DNA of 25,786 nucleotides from a virus: UHGV virus genome UHGV-1799016; one strand, 5' to 3'. Shown piece by piece: positions 1 to 10,100 of this stretch (position 1 is its first letter; each line of letters starts with the position of its first letter). The notes under the pieces were generated by a model. It saw only the letters and a program-made list of their open reading frames with translations, ran no database searches and was not told where the DNA came from. The position numbers and the translations under genes were made by a program.

Positions 1-640
1 CCTGTACTTTACCATCTGCGTAGGCCAGTGCCATAAGTCCCTTCACCTTTGCACCAACCGTGAAATGGTTACCTACCGTGTGAGCATATCCCAAAGCAAC
101 TTCGCCGTAAGTGCGATGTTGGAGTGAGAGTTGATCAAAACCATAACCATTCTGCAATTTAGGGTTCTTGAAATAGTGGAAAAGTTGATTAGGAACTTCA
201 CCAGAACCATTGGAACGCAGGTTTACTTCAAAGAGCGAAGTACCAGAACCAAATGCCGAAGCAAACGAAAGAATGTTGAGATTGAATTCTGCGTTGCTCA
301 TCACATTTTGATTTCCCAAACGTTGATAAAACAACTGCTCAGGAACAGCTTTTTCAGTGAAAAAGTTATAGTCCGTGCTTCCGTTCTTATTTGCTGTTTT
401 ATAGAAAAACGCGTTCAATGGATGACTAGATGATGCGTTAAAATACACATTACCCACTAGAGGAATAGCCGTGTAGGGACGATCTTCCAGCATTGCAGCA
501 TTGTGTTGATGCGCGTATTTATAAGTCTCCATGAAGAAACCCGTGCGTGAGGTTTGCGCCATAGCTTGCGGTGCCAAACCGAAGGTACTTCCCGTAATAA
601 GTGCCAAATAGGTCAATGGTAAAAACCATTTCTTAGTCAT
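1..640 (-). CDS. Putative outer-membrane (beta-barrel-like) protein with N-terminal signal peptide; start codon at 638-640, C-terminal part lies beyond the window edge
   Basis: Reverse-strand reading from ATG at 640 is open to position 1 (about 213 codons). N-terminus MTKKWFLPLTYLALITGSTFGLAPQAMAQ looks like a signal peptide; later segments alternate hydrophobic and polar residues (GEVALGYAHTVGNHFTVGAKVKG), typical of beta strands. Not in the ORF track because it is not closed within the window. Confidence 0.5.
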   Translation of the reverse strand, partial: MTKKWFLPLTYLALITGSTFGLAPQAMAQTSRTGFFMETYKYAHQHNAAMLEDRPYTAIPLVGNVYFNASSSHPLNAFFYKTANKNGSTDYNFFTEKAVPEQLFYQRLGNQNVMSNAEFNLNILSFASAFGSGTSLFEVNLRSNGSGEVPNQLFHYFKNPKLQNGYGFDQLSLQHRTYGEVALGYAHTVGNHFTVGAKVKGLMALAYADGKVQ

Positions 641-895
641 AGTGATGTATATTTGAGAAATAAATTAAAACAGTTGTGCCATCTTCTTCAGAAGAAAGCC
701 AAAGAGTGAGTAGGCCGTGCAAATGAAGTATTTTCGAAGTCTATCGAGTACTACTCACCAATGGGTGCAAATATAGGGAGAAATGTTTAATCTAACAAGT
801 AATTTTAGTTGAATTGCAAAATATATTAGAAATTCGTTTTTGCAAGGACAGAGAATTATAAAAATCTACTCAACTTAAAATTCAATCATTTCAAA

Positions 896-1861
896 TTACC
901 AAATGTTTTGAAGCAACAACCCCAAGCAGAAAGCAAAAGCAAAAACAAGGATGTTCCGCGAGGTTTCTCCCAGAAGCGCGTTCAGCGCACGACCGTGGCG
1001 AATGCGTTGCAACGCTTTCCAAGTGCGCCAGTGAAGTGGAAAGAAAATCAAAGCTTCTAGCGCAGGAAGAAATTGCATCAACAAGATGTCCTCCGTTGCA
1101 GGAAGAGTAGCGCAAACTCCAAAAAGCGCGAGCAAGGCCGCCACCCCTAACAGCATATAGAATCCGATTGTTTTCGATTCTCCCAACAGCACCACAAGTG
1201 TTCGCTTCTGCACGCGCGCATCATTCTCGCGATCGCGAAAATTATTCACCACCAACAGCAAATCCACCACCAAACCAATGGCAACTCCCAACAAAACCGC
1301 AGCAACCGTCAGATGGTCCGTGAGCAAGAAATAAGTTCCTCCCACAGGAACCAATCCAAAGAAAATCAGCACCATCACATCTCCCAGCGCAAGTCTGCTC
1401 AGATGCGTTGTGTAGAGAAAAGCCCCCGCACCACAACTAAGTCCCACGAGACCGAGTCCTAGCGTCAAAGACAAAAACGAATGTTGCGACACGGTGAGAA
1501 ACACTGCCAAAATGCTCAACCCCACTAGAGCTGCCAAGAGCAGCGTCACCCCAATGCCCCATTGCATAGCGCGCGCCGTAATCCAACCTTGCGCACAAGC
1601 GCGTTCAGGCCCCAACCGGTCTTCCCCATCGCGGCCACGGCGGAAGTCAATGAGGTCATTGATAAAGTTCGAAACAATTTGCATCAAACCAGCAAAAACA
1701 ATGCAAAGTGCTGCGAGCCACGGTGCGGCTGCGTGTGGAGTGTCGCAGGTGAAAGCCAAAGCAGTGGCAGTGACCACCGAAACCAATGCGCCAGAAAGAG
1801 TTTTCGGTCGAGCCGCCAACCACCAAGCGCGGAGTGTGTGAGGAGTAGCTTGTGAGTTCAT
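896..1861 (-). CDS. menA: 1,4-dihydroxy-2-naphthoate polyprenyltransferase (MenA, UbiA prenyltransferase family)
   Basis: 321-aa polytopic membrane protein. N-terminal LRAWWLAARPKTL, Asp-rich motif SNFINDLIDFRRGRDGEDRLGPERA, and second motif LLVVNNFRDRENDARVQKRTLVVLLGE run parallel to the corresponding blocks of E. coli MenA as I recall them. A TATCTTTG box (reverse complement of 1866-1873) lies just upstream of the start. Confidence 0.85.
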   Translation of the reverse strand: MNSQATPHTLRAWWLAARPKTLSGALVSVVTATALAFTCDTPHAAAPWLAALCIVFAGLMQIVSNFINDLIDFRRGRDGEDRLGPERACAQGWITARAMQWGIGVTLLLAALVGLSILAVFLTVSQHSFLSLTLGLGLVGLSCGAGAFLYTTHLSRLALGDVMVLIFFGLVPVGGTYFLLTDHLTVAAVLLGVAIGLVVDLLLVVNNFRDRENDARVQKRTLVVLLGESKTIGFYMLLGVAALLALFGVCATLPATEDILLMQFLPALEALIFFPLHWRTWKALQRIRHGRALNALLGETSRNILVFAFAFCLGLLLQNIW

Positions 1862-2093
1862 ACAGCAAAGATATATTAGATTTGATAATCAAGTGCTTAT
1901 GTGGTTTTAGTCCGAAAATGTTACACTATTGTGTATTTTCGTCTAAAAAGAGAAAAACCACGCTCTCAAAATTGGAGGTGGCTTTGTTTCCTTGACAAAG
2001 GTACTAATTTGTTTGAGGGTGGCAAAATGTTGAGTGTGATTGTGTACTGAAAAAGGAGGACTGGGACGAACTTGTCTAAAGTAGTTCGTAGTA

Positions 2094-2148
2094 GTGTCTA
2101 TTTAAGGGGGGCGTTTCAGGGGGAAAGGTTATATTCGCGCAAGAACAA
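2094..2148 (+). promoter_or_regulatory. Bipartite promoter-like motif, copy A (GTGTCTATTTAAGGG, then TATATTCGCGCAAGAACAA 32 nt downstream)
   Basis: Upstream box GTGTCTATTTA at 2094-2104, downstream box TATATTCG at 2130-2137 (one mismatch to the Bacteroidetes -7 consensus TAnnTTTG), about 25 nt before the ATG at 2163. The same two boxes recur at identical spacing at 17838-17877 and 17997-18051. Confidence 0.4.
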
Positions 2149-2162
2149 ATAAACTAAATATT

Positions 2163-2675
2163 ATGATAGGTACTCTTATTGGAGGTGCGTTGATGTTAGG
2201 TAGCTCTATATACGGTGGTCTTTCGGCTGCGAAATCTGCTGCTAAGCAGCGTAGAATGGTTGAGGAACAACGTGCGAAAAATCAAGATTGGTATAACCGC
2301 AGATATAATGAGGATGGCACGCAACGCGCGGATGCTGTCCGCCTTATGCAATTAACTGAGGATAGTATTCGTAAGCGCAATCGACAAGCTGAGGGGACGT
2401 CTGCTGTGATGGGTGGGGGGCAGGAGCCAGCTGCTGCTGCTCGAGAGGATAATAATCAAGCTATCGCATCTACGATGAGTGGCATTGCAGCGTCTAGTGA
2501 TGCGCGCAAGGATAACATTGAGCGTCAGTATATGGCGCGTGATGATGCGTATAGTAGCCAGTTACAGGATATAGAAGCGCAAAAACAGAAGTCTATTGCA
2601 AATGCTGTAGGTGGTGTAGCTTCTGCAGCTGGAATGTTTGGTCTTATGGATAAAGGAAATGGCACTAATAAGTAA
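2163..2675 (+). CDS. Hypothetical small protein with Gly-rich hydrophobic segments at both ends (possible membrane or virion-associated protein)
   Basis: ATG-initiated 170-aa ORF, first gene after promoter-like copy A. N-terminal MIGTLIGGALMLGSSIYGGLSAA and C-terminal IANAVGGVASAAGMFGLM are glycine-zipper-like hydrophobic stretches around a charged core. Confidence 0.55.
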   Translation: MIGTLIGGALMLGSSIYGGLSAAKSAAKQRRMVEEQRAKNQDWYNRRYNEDGTQRADAVRLMQLTEDSIRKRNRQAEGTSAVMGGGQEPAAAAREDNNQAIASTMSGIAASSDARKDNIERQYMARDDAYSSQLQDIEAQKQKSIANAVGGVASAAGMFGLMDKGNGTNK

Positions 2676-4137
2676 GATTCTAGATAGATTTAAGTCTAAT
2701 GTGGGGGGCGGTGTGACTGCTCCCCCTGCTGCTAATGTGGGTGGTTCGGTTTCAGAAGAAGTGCCTACTCCCGACAATGTGAAACGTAGGCCGTTTATGC
2801 AAGATGCGCCAAAAGAAACATCGAACAGTGCGCAGCCTGTTCAGCAGGCAAATGTGCAGCCTGCTGTGTCAAACGTTGCATCACCTTCTATTGCGCTTTC
2901 CAATGTGGACAAAAAGGTGCAGCAGACGACGCCTAAGCCAGAAACGGATGACCGACCAAAGGTTTTGAAGCCATTGCCAGGAGATAAATATGGGCGTGAG
3001 GGTGTGAAATGGGGGCAGGAAGTTGGTGCGGAGAAACCTTTGTGGAAACCTACGACACATCAAGGTGTGGAATCTGACAAAGAAGGAGGTGCTTCGTCGC
3101 CTATAGATCCAGCGGTGCAGGCGAAGGGGAACAAGGATTTGCGCGATGTTCGCAATGAAACTACTCCTAAAACAACCGTTAGCGCTACGCAGGAGGAATC
3201 GGATGCAGATAGAGAGGTGCGCTCGTACAATGATTTGCTCCGCGAGTTGAAAGAGCGAGCTGCGAAAAAGCCACTCAGTCCAGAGGAGGAGAAAAGAAAA
3301 AAACGTGACAAGTTGATTAGTGGTATTGGTGATGCCCTTGCGTCTGTTGCTAATCTTTACTATACGACCCAAGGTGCGCCCAATATGTACGACCCGAAAC
3401 GCAGTTTGTCAGAAGCCGCGAAAACTAAATGGGATGAGATTGCAGAAAACAACGAAAAAATCGGCAAAGAACGTTTGGCTTATATGATTAAGCAATATGA
3501 GTTGCTGAAGGGCAAACGCAAAGAAAAGGAAGCTAAGGAAGCTGCGGATGCTAAGCTTGAATTGCTGAAAGAACAGATGGAAGGCAAAATGGGACTTGAC
3601 GAAAAGAAATTGGCTGCTGCGATGGACTACCAGAAGGGACGACTGGAGAATGAGAAAGAACGCAACAACAACAACAAAGAACGTAATAGTGTCAATAAAG
3701 AATTGTCGCAGGCTCGATTGGAGGAACAGAAACGACATAATCGTATCTCTGAAGGTCAAGGGGCGACAAGAAATGCTATCGCTCGACAAAACGCGAACAC
3801 TAGGGCTGCGAATAGTGGCTCAAGCGGTGGTGAACGAGGAGACTATGAGTGGCAGGATAGCGAAGGCAATATCCACTATGCGAAGAGTGCTACGGCGCAA
3901 GAACGTAATGCGCGTGCAAATGGCACTTGGAAGAATGGTTCTACTACTACCCAGTCAGAAGAGACACAGAAAGACTATAATAAAAAATCAACCACTACAA
4001 CCAAGACTGAGAATAAAGGATACGCAGTTGTAGATAGGTCGAAAGTTCCTCAAAAGAAAACGCATCAAGCGCAGGCTAAAAAGACAAGCGGTAGTAGTGG
4101 AAAGAAAAACAAGCCGTTAAGTGGTTTCAAAATCTAG
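2662..4137 (+). CDS. Hypothetical highly charged, low-complexity protein (K/E/Q/T-rich, central coiled-coil-like region); start chosen at ATG 2662 rather than TTG 2638
   Basis: Open frame 2638-4137; the ORF-track start at 2638 is TTG, the first in-frame ATG is 2662 (MALISKILDRF). Overlaps the upstream stop by 14 nt and ends 12 nt before the giant ORF. Composition looks intrinsically disordered, with a KE-rich helical stretch (LKGKRKEKEAKEAADAKLELLKEQMEGK). Confidence 0.5.
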   Translation, partial: ALISKILDRFKSNVGGGVTAPPAANVGGSVSEEVPTPDNVKRRPFMQDAPKETSNSAQPVQQANVQPAVSNVASPSIALSNVDKKVQQTTPKPETDDRPKVLKPLPGDKYGREGVKWGQEVGAEKPLWKPTTHQGVESDKEGGASSPIDPAVQAKGNKDLRDVRNETTPKTTVSATQEESDADREVRSYNDLLRELKERAAKKPLSPEEEKRKKRDKLISGIGDALASVANLYYTTQGAPNMYDPKRSLSEAAKTKWDEIAENNEKIGKERLAYMIKQYELLKGKRKEKEAKEAADAKLELLKEQMEGKMGLDEKKLAAAMDYQKGRLENEKERNNNNKERNSVNKELSQARLEEQKRHNRISEGQGATRNAIARQNANTRAANSGSSGGERGDYEWQDSEGNIHYAKSATAQERNARANGTWKNGSTTTQSEETQKDYNKKSTTTTKTENKGYAVVDRSKVPQKKTHQAQAKKTSGSSGKKNKPLSGFKI

Positions 4138-4149
4138 ACAACTTTCAAT

Positions 4150-7100
4150 ATGAGCAAATACGAATTTGATGGAGATAAGGTGAAAAAGCTCTACGGGGCG
4201 ATGCAGAAGCTTGGTTATCAACAGAGCTTAGGCGAGTTTGAAAAAGGGTTCTACGGAAAGGACAACTACCAAAAGCGCAAGGCGGTCTATGATGCAATGA
4301 CAGAAGCAGGCGCTGACTTGGGTAGTAGCTACGAAGATTTTATGGGGCGTATGCGTGCCACTAGTGCTACCAAACCTACTAATAAAGCTCCAAATACTCA
4401 TATCTCTGAGCAGCCGTGGGCGCAAAAAAGTAAAGAAGCGAAACGCGCTGCAGCGGTTCTTGATGGTGGTTTTGATGCTCTGACACGTGCTGTAGAGGTT
4501 TCGTCGGATGAAAATTTCAGAATAAATCCTCTCAATAAACTTGTGTCTGAACGTGTAGAAGACCCTAAGTCGAAACGTCTTGTCACAAAGCCTAAGAAGT
4601 ATAGCGTACCAGAATCAGACGTGCGCGAAGGTGGCAGTATGGTGCGAATGGTGGATGCGTACAAGACTGTAGATGGTAAAGCTGTGTCTATTCCTTCTGC
4701 TGCAACGAGCACTCAGGGTAACGAAAATCAAGATGAGGATTTTGCAACTCAATACATCTCAGGCAAAATCGACAGAAAGGAATACAAGAAGAAGGCGAAA
4801 GCAAAGGATGGTGAAGCGGCAATTGCGAACTTCCAGTCTACGATGGAGGGTGACGAGGAGTTTCTCTACCGTACTGACAAGCGATATAAGGAGTATCGCG
4901 ACAAAATTCTCAATGGCGATGGAGATATTGACGAGCTTTCACCAGAGACAAAAGCGTGGTATTTGGAGCGTGTTGAAGCGAGAATAAAAGATGCGGAGGA
5001 GCGACAAGAGAAATACCTAAGCGTCATAAACTCATACGAGCATCAAAAAAATCTCGAAGAAAATAACAATGATTTTTGGAGGAATTTTGGTCAAGTTAGA
5101 GGTGGTATTGGTGCTGCTGGTCGTGAGCAGGTTAAAGCTATGCTTCGAGAGACAGATTACACAGAGGAGATGGATTTGGCGAATGCTGGTTTGGGAGCTA
5201 CAGAGAGTGAGCTTACGGATTTGCATGCGCTGAGAGATATGCTCAAAGGTAAAGACGTGGGTTTCTTTAGGCGAGTTAAAGACTTCTTTGGCCAGAGGAA
5301 TAACTTGACGTTTGGTTTTCAAGAAGCTGCTGACAACGCGACCTTGATTGCAAACAAAAATAGCAAGAGTCCACTGCTGTCTTCTGCTGCTGAATCAAGG
5401 GCTAAAGAATCTGAAGCTGCGACAATGTACTCACGCTCTGCTAATCTCCGTGCAAAGGCGGGTTCGGTTACTGCGGAGATGTTGCCGTTTGTTATTGAAA
5501 TGGCTTCTGCTGGTAGTATGACATCTGTTGCTGGTAAGGCAGCACACAAAGCCGTGTATTCTTTGGGTACTAGAATGTTGAAGTCTGCTGCGTTGAAGGG
5601 CATGGAAGAAGGGTTGTTGAAAGCGACTGGAACTGCAGCTTTGAAGGTTGGGACGCGTGGTTTGTCGTGGATTGCTCACGGATTGACTGCTGGTGCTTTG
5701 CAGACCGTTACTGCTGGCGCAGGTGAAACGGCTGCAAACATCACTGGTCGTATGGTGGGGCAAGGAGCAAAACAAGAGGATGGGTCTTATGCCTTTGAAG
5801 GCGGAGAGGGCACAGTGGGTGCTGTTTTGCACGGATTCACCTCTCAACTCATTGAAAATGCCACAGAATTTATGGGTGGTGGGCTTGGCTATGGAGTTGG
5901 TAAAGTTGCATCTAAGCTCACAAAGCCACTTGCGAAGGTCGGGTTAGGCGGTGTGACGGACTTCTTTGGTCGTATTGCTGCTAGTCCCATTAGCAAAGCT
6001 ACAAGTAAAACGCTAAGTAAGTTCCAAATTCAAGGTATCCCCGAAGAAATTGGCGAAGAATATCTTGGTTGGGCAGGTCACTCAATGGCTGGTGATGGAG
6101 ATGCGGAATGGTCTGATTTTGCGGATTTCCAAAAACACAAGGAGCTTTGGGCAACTATGGCACTTTCAGTGGGTGCGATGGGGGCATTCGCTGCTAGTGG
6201 TCATATTCCCTCGCTGCTTAAAAGGAGAGGGCGTAGTCTGAAGATGGCAGACCGCGCTGCTGCTGGTGCTTTCTCTGATGAGGAGAAGTGGAACGCATTG
6301 CGTGATAAAATAGATGGTACAGCCAACAACAACGTGTTGCGTTCGCTCTATGATAACGTGATGCAGGACAAATCTCTCAACGGTAGAGAACGCAAGGCTG
6401 CTATGCTTTATGCTGGAAACTTGTTGGCTTATCGTGGTGCTAATCTTGGTGCTATCGCTGGAAAGCGTCTTGCTCTCGAACAAAAACGCAGTAATGCTGA
6501 AGATGCTAGAAGAGCTGCAATGGTTGAAGGAGTTGCGCCTAGTGGTGCGGAAAGTATTGATGAACACGAACTAGACGGTGATGATGTAGTGTCTAGTGCT
6601 TTCCGACAAGGATACGAGGAAACATCAGCTGCCAATGCTTATCTGTGGGCAAAGACACTCGAAGAGCAAGAAGGACACGCAATGGAGGTTCTCGGGCTTA
6701 CTGAGAAGGAGTTGCATGAAAAATTCTCTCCTCAAAACGCAGGTGAAACGCTTAATGAAATTCGAGGAGCCAAGGAGGGTACATACACGGAGGAACAAAA
6801 GAAAGCTGCTTTTGATTACGCCAATACGCGTGCCGCTTATGAGGGCGTGGTAGAACGAACCCAAGATGATATTGATTCGGAGATTGCCTATCATCATGCA
6901 ATTGTAGACCGACAAACAAATATTGATTTTGGTCGCCTGCATCCTGTCAAATTGTTCACATCGGAAAAGAACAAATGGGATGACGCGTTTCTTGTTTCTG
7001 GTCGGCTTGCGTTTGAGTTTAATGACAAGGGGGAGTCCGTTGTTAGTACACGTCTAAGTGATCCTACTCTCGTTGTTTCTGATGCAGCAGGGCGCACACG

Positions 7101-10100
7101 TATGGTTTCTCCTTCGGAATTCGCGGATGCAGAAGATGCAATTGACGTAGATGAGTACAAGAATACTCTTGCGGAACATATACGTCAAGAAATGGAGGAG
7201 CGCAAGTATGCAGAGATGCTGAAAGCAGCTGAGGAAGCGCAAGCGAATGAGGTTGAGGAGGGAGAAGTGGAAGTCCCCGCAGTTGAAGGAGAATCAACGA
7301 GCGAAGAAGAAAAAGAAACCCCTAAGGTCAACGAGGATAGGGAACAATCAAGTGTGTTCAGCGGTGCATTTAATGTTGGGGACAAGTTTACAACAGACGA
7401 AGGCACGTTTGAGGTGGTACAGCTTACAGAGGGTGAAGCCCCCATTGTGCAGAATGTTGAGACAGGACAACAGTTCCGTCCACACTCTGAGAGGGACTTG
7501 CGTGCAGCCGTGCAATCTTACACGCCTGCTTTTATAGATGGTGCGGAAAATAAAGAAGGTCACAGCGTCTATAAACGAACAGTCGACAGTGGGGATGCTT
7601 CGAATAGCAATACTGAAGAAGCCGAGCCTCAACGAGGAAGGCATCTTTCAGAGGAGGAAGCTCGTAGATTATTGTCGACAATGGAGGAGCGGATAAATGA
7701 TGACACCTTTATGCCCGATGTCATTGTAAATGTAGATGGTATTTTGCACTCGATTAAAGTCGAAACCTCTAACAATGGAACACTTGACTATTATGTAGCC
7801 ACTGAGACAGGTGAAGCATCTCCAGTTGAAGCTTTAAGTGGATTTGACCATATGAATTTCTCCGGAGATTCAGGGCGTCGGACTGTGTTGGGTATGCTAT
7901 CGAAATATCCCATTGAGCAGATAAACGAACGCTTGTTGGGTTTTGAGACTAGCGAAGAAGAGACAGAGAACACTCAGCAGGAAGAAGCAGAAAACCCTTC
8001 TGAATTCGAAAACAACGAGGTAGAAGAAGCAGAGGAAGCTGAGAGACAAAAGGCGGACGACGTAGAAACAACAAGTTCTACAGTTAATCCTCCTGTCGAA
8101 GAAGTTCAATCAGCCCTTGATAAAGGTGAAATAGACGGTATTACACCCCAAATGGCGCACGATGCCCTTTACAATGACCCCGATTTGGAAACAGAAGAAG
8201 TTGATGCTATTGTAGAGAATAGCCGTTCAGCTGCGCAGGGAAACTTGGCAAAACTGCAAAAGGCCGAAATCAAACCGCGAAAGAACGAGAGTGTAATCGC
8301 GTTTAAGAAGCGCAAAGCAGCACATATTGTTTCTTTAGCACACGCAGAGGAACTTGTTCGTTTCTGGGAAAAGGTGCAAGAACATCGCAGAAATCTAGGC
8401 GCACAAGCTATGCAGGAAGAAGAAAGCGCAAAGCAACAGCGAGAAGCGGAAGCTGCAGAGCGCGCAAAGGAGCAAGCGGAAAATGGCTTGGCGGTTGCTC
8501 CGTCTTGGGCTAATGCTGAAAAGATTGTAGGACGTCCAGGCGAATTTATCACACCTAACGGACTGCGTGTGAAAGGACACTACGTGCTAGTGGAAAGCGG
8601 TGCTGCTGTTCCTTCGCACGATGCACGCCACGGCTTTAAACAGTCGGAAGGATTCCCGACTGATGAGAAGGGACGCACGCTCAACGATAGAGACTACGAA
8701 CGAGATTTGGACGCTCAACGTGTGCAGCGTGAAATCGCTAGAAACTATGACGCTCGCGCAACGCAGCAGCCAGTGGTGGTATCTCCCGAAGGTTTTGTGC
8801 TTTCGGGCAATGGTCGCACAATGTCTGGAGACTTGGCAGCGATGGAGAATACGGATGGTGCATATAACAGTTATGTTCGCGAGTATGCTGAAATGTGGGG
8901 CTTCACTTCAGATCAAGTAGAAAAGTTGGAGCATCCACGTGTTGTGTTTGTTTCTGATAATCCCCTTCCTCTCACAACGGAGACTTTCGCAGCGTTCAAC
9001 GCGCAAGAAACAAAAACGCAATCGCGCACGGAGAAGGCGGTGAAAATGGGTAAGGCGGTATCTGATGAGGACTTCGCCAAGATTCTTCGTGTTGTTACCG
9101 ATGGGCATGAGACATTGGCAGATTTTTACGGCAATATGTCTGGTGTGAGCGAGGTTATTAACTTGCTTGAGACGAGTGGAGTTATTACTCAACAAGACCG
9201 CGCAAACTTGTTTGATGGTGATGCGTTGAGTGATGAGGGACGCAATTTGCTAGAGAATGTATTGTTAGGTAAGGCTTTTGAAGGCAACCCCGATGTTGTT
9301 CGTCAGCTATCGGAGGTGCGCTCTCTTCGTACTTCTGTGCTTAATGCGCTGTTTTACATCGTAGAGAACGAACGCCTTAATGAAGAATTCCGCCTAGGGG
9401 ATGAGTTGTCACGCGCTATTAACTTTGTTTACCACGCTCGCAAGGGTGGTGGCTATTCTTTTGGCGATAAAGTTCGTACCTTTGCCCAACAGACGGAGTT
9501 GTTTGAATCGACAACGGATGTATCTTTAGAGGATGCAACGGTGCTTTTGTTGGCGGATGCCCTCAATGATAAGCGTACTACCTTAGTTAAGTCAATCTTC
9601 AAGAGTTACAACGAGCGCGCAGAGGACGCAGGTAGGGGACAAATGTCGTTGTTTGGCGATGCCCTCCCCTCACGTGAGACCTTAATCAAGGAAACACTTG
9701 TGCTTCTCGGTGTCGACATCAAAGACTATGCTCCGTCGAACCAAGTAGAACCCTCAAACCAAGAAACAAATGAACAAGAACCAAAACAGCAGCAACAGCC
9801 AGAAGCAGGAACAAGCGAATCCACAAGCGAACAAGGAGCTGAAGGAAAGACAGAAACTGAACTTCCTTCTGGAAGCGTTTCGACAAGCGGACGCGGAAAC
9901 GAAGGAGTAAGCACGGAGGAAGAGGGCGTAAAACCGTCTGATAAGAATGCGAAACCATCTGAAAAGAGTACTGAGAAGGGTGAGAAGGGTGAGAAGGCTG
10001 AAGACATCGAGGTGGACGCGAGTGCAGAGAAAGAATCTGCCCCCTTAAAAGAAGAAGGAATAAATGAGAACAGTAGAGGGGGCAGCCTGCAGGATGAAAA

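Noticed and set aside
131-433. Plus-strand ORF 131-433 (100 aa)
   Set aside because: Lies wholly inside, and antisense to, the better-supported minus-strand signal-peptide protein gene.
816-843. Short A/T-rich inverted repeat (GCAAAA ... TTTTGC) downstream of menA
   Set aside because: The stem is only 6 bp and AT-rich, and it is not followed by a U-tract on the minus strand; too weak to call a terminator.
2638-2661. TTG start at 2638 for the disordered-protein gene
   Set aside because: The ORF track's first residue corresponds to TTG; the in-frame ATG at 2662 gives a shorter overlap with the upstream gene. Either is possible; ATG chosen.
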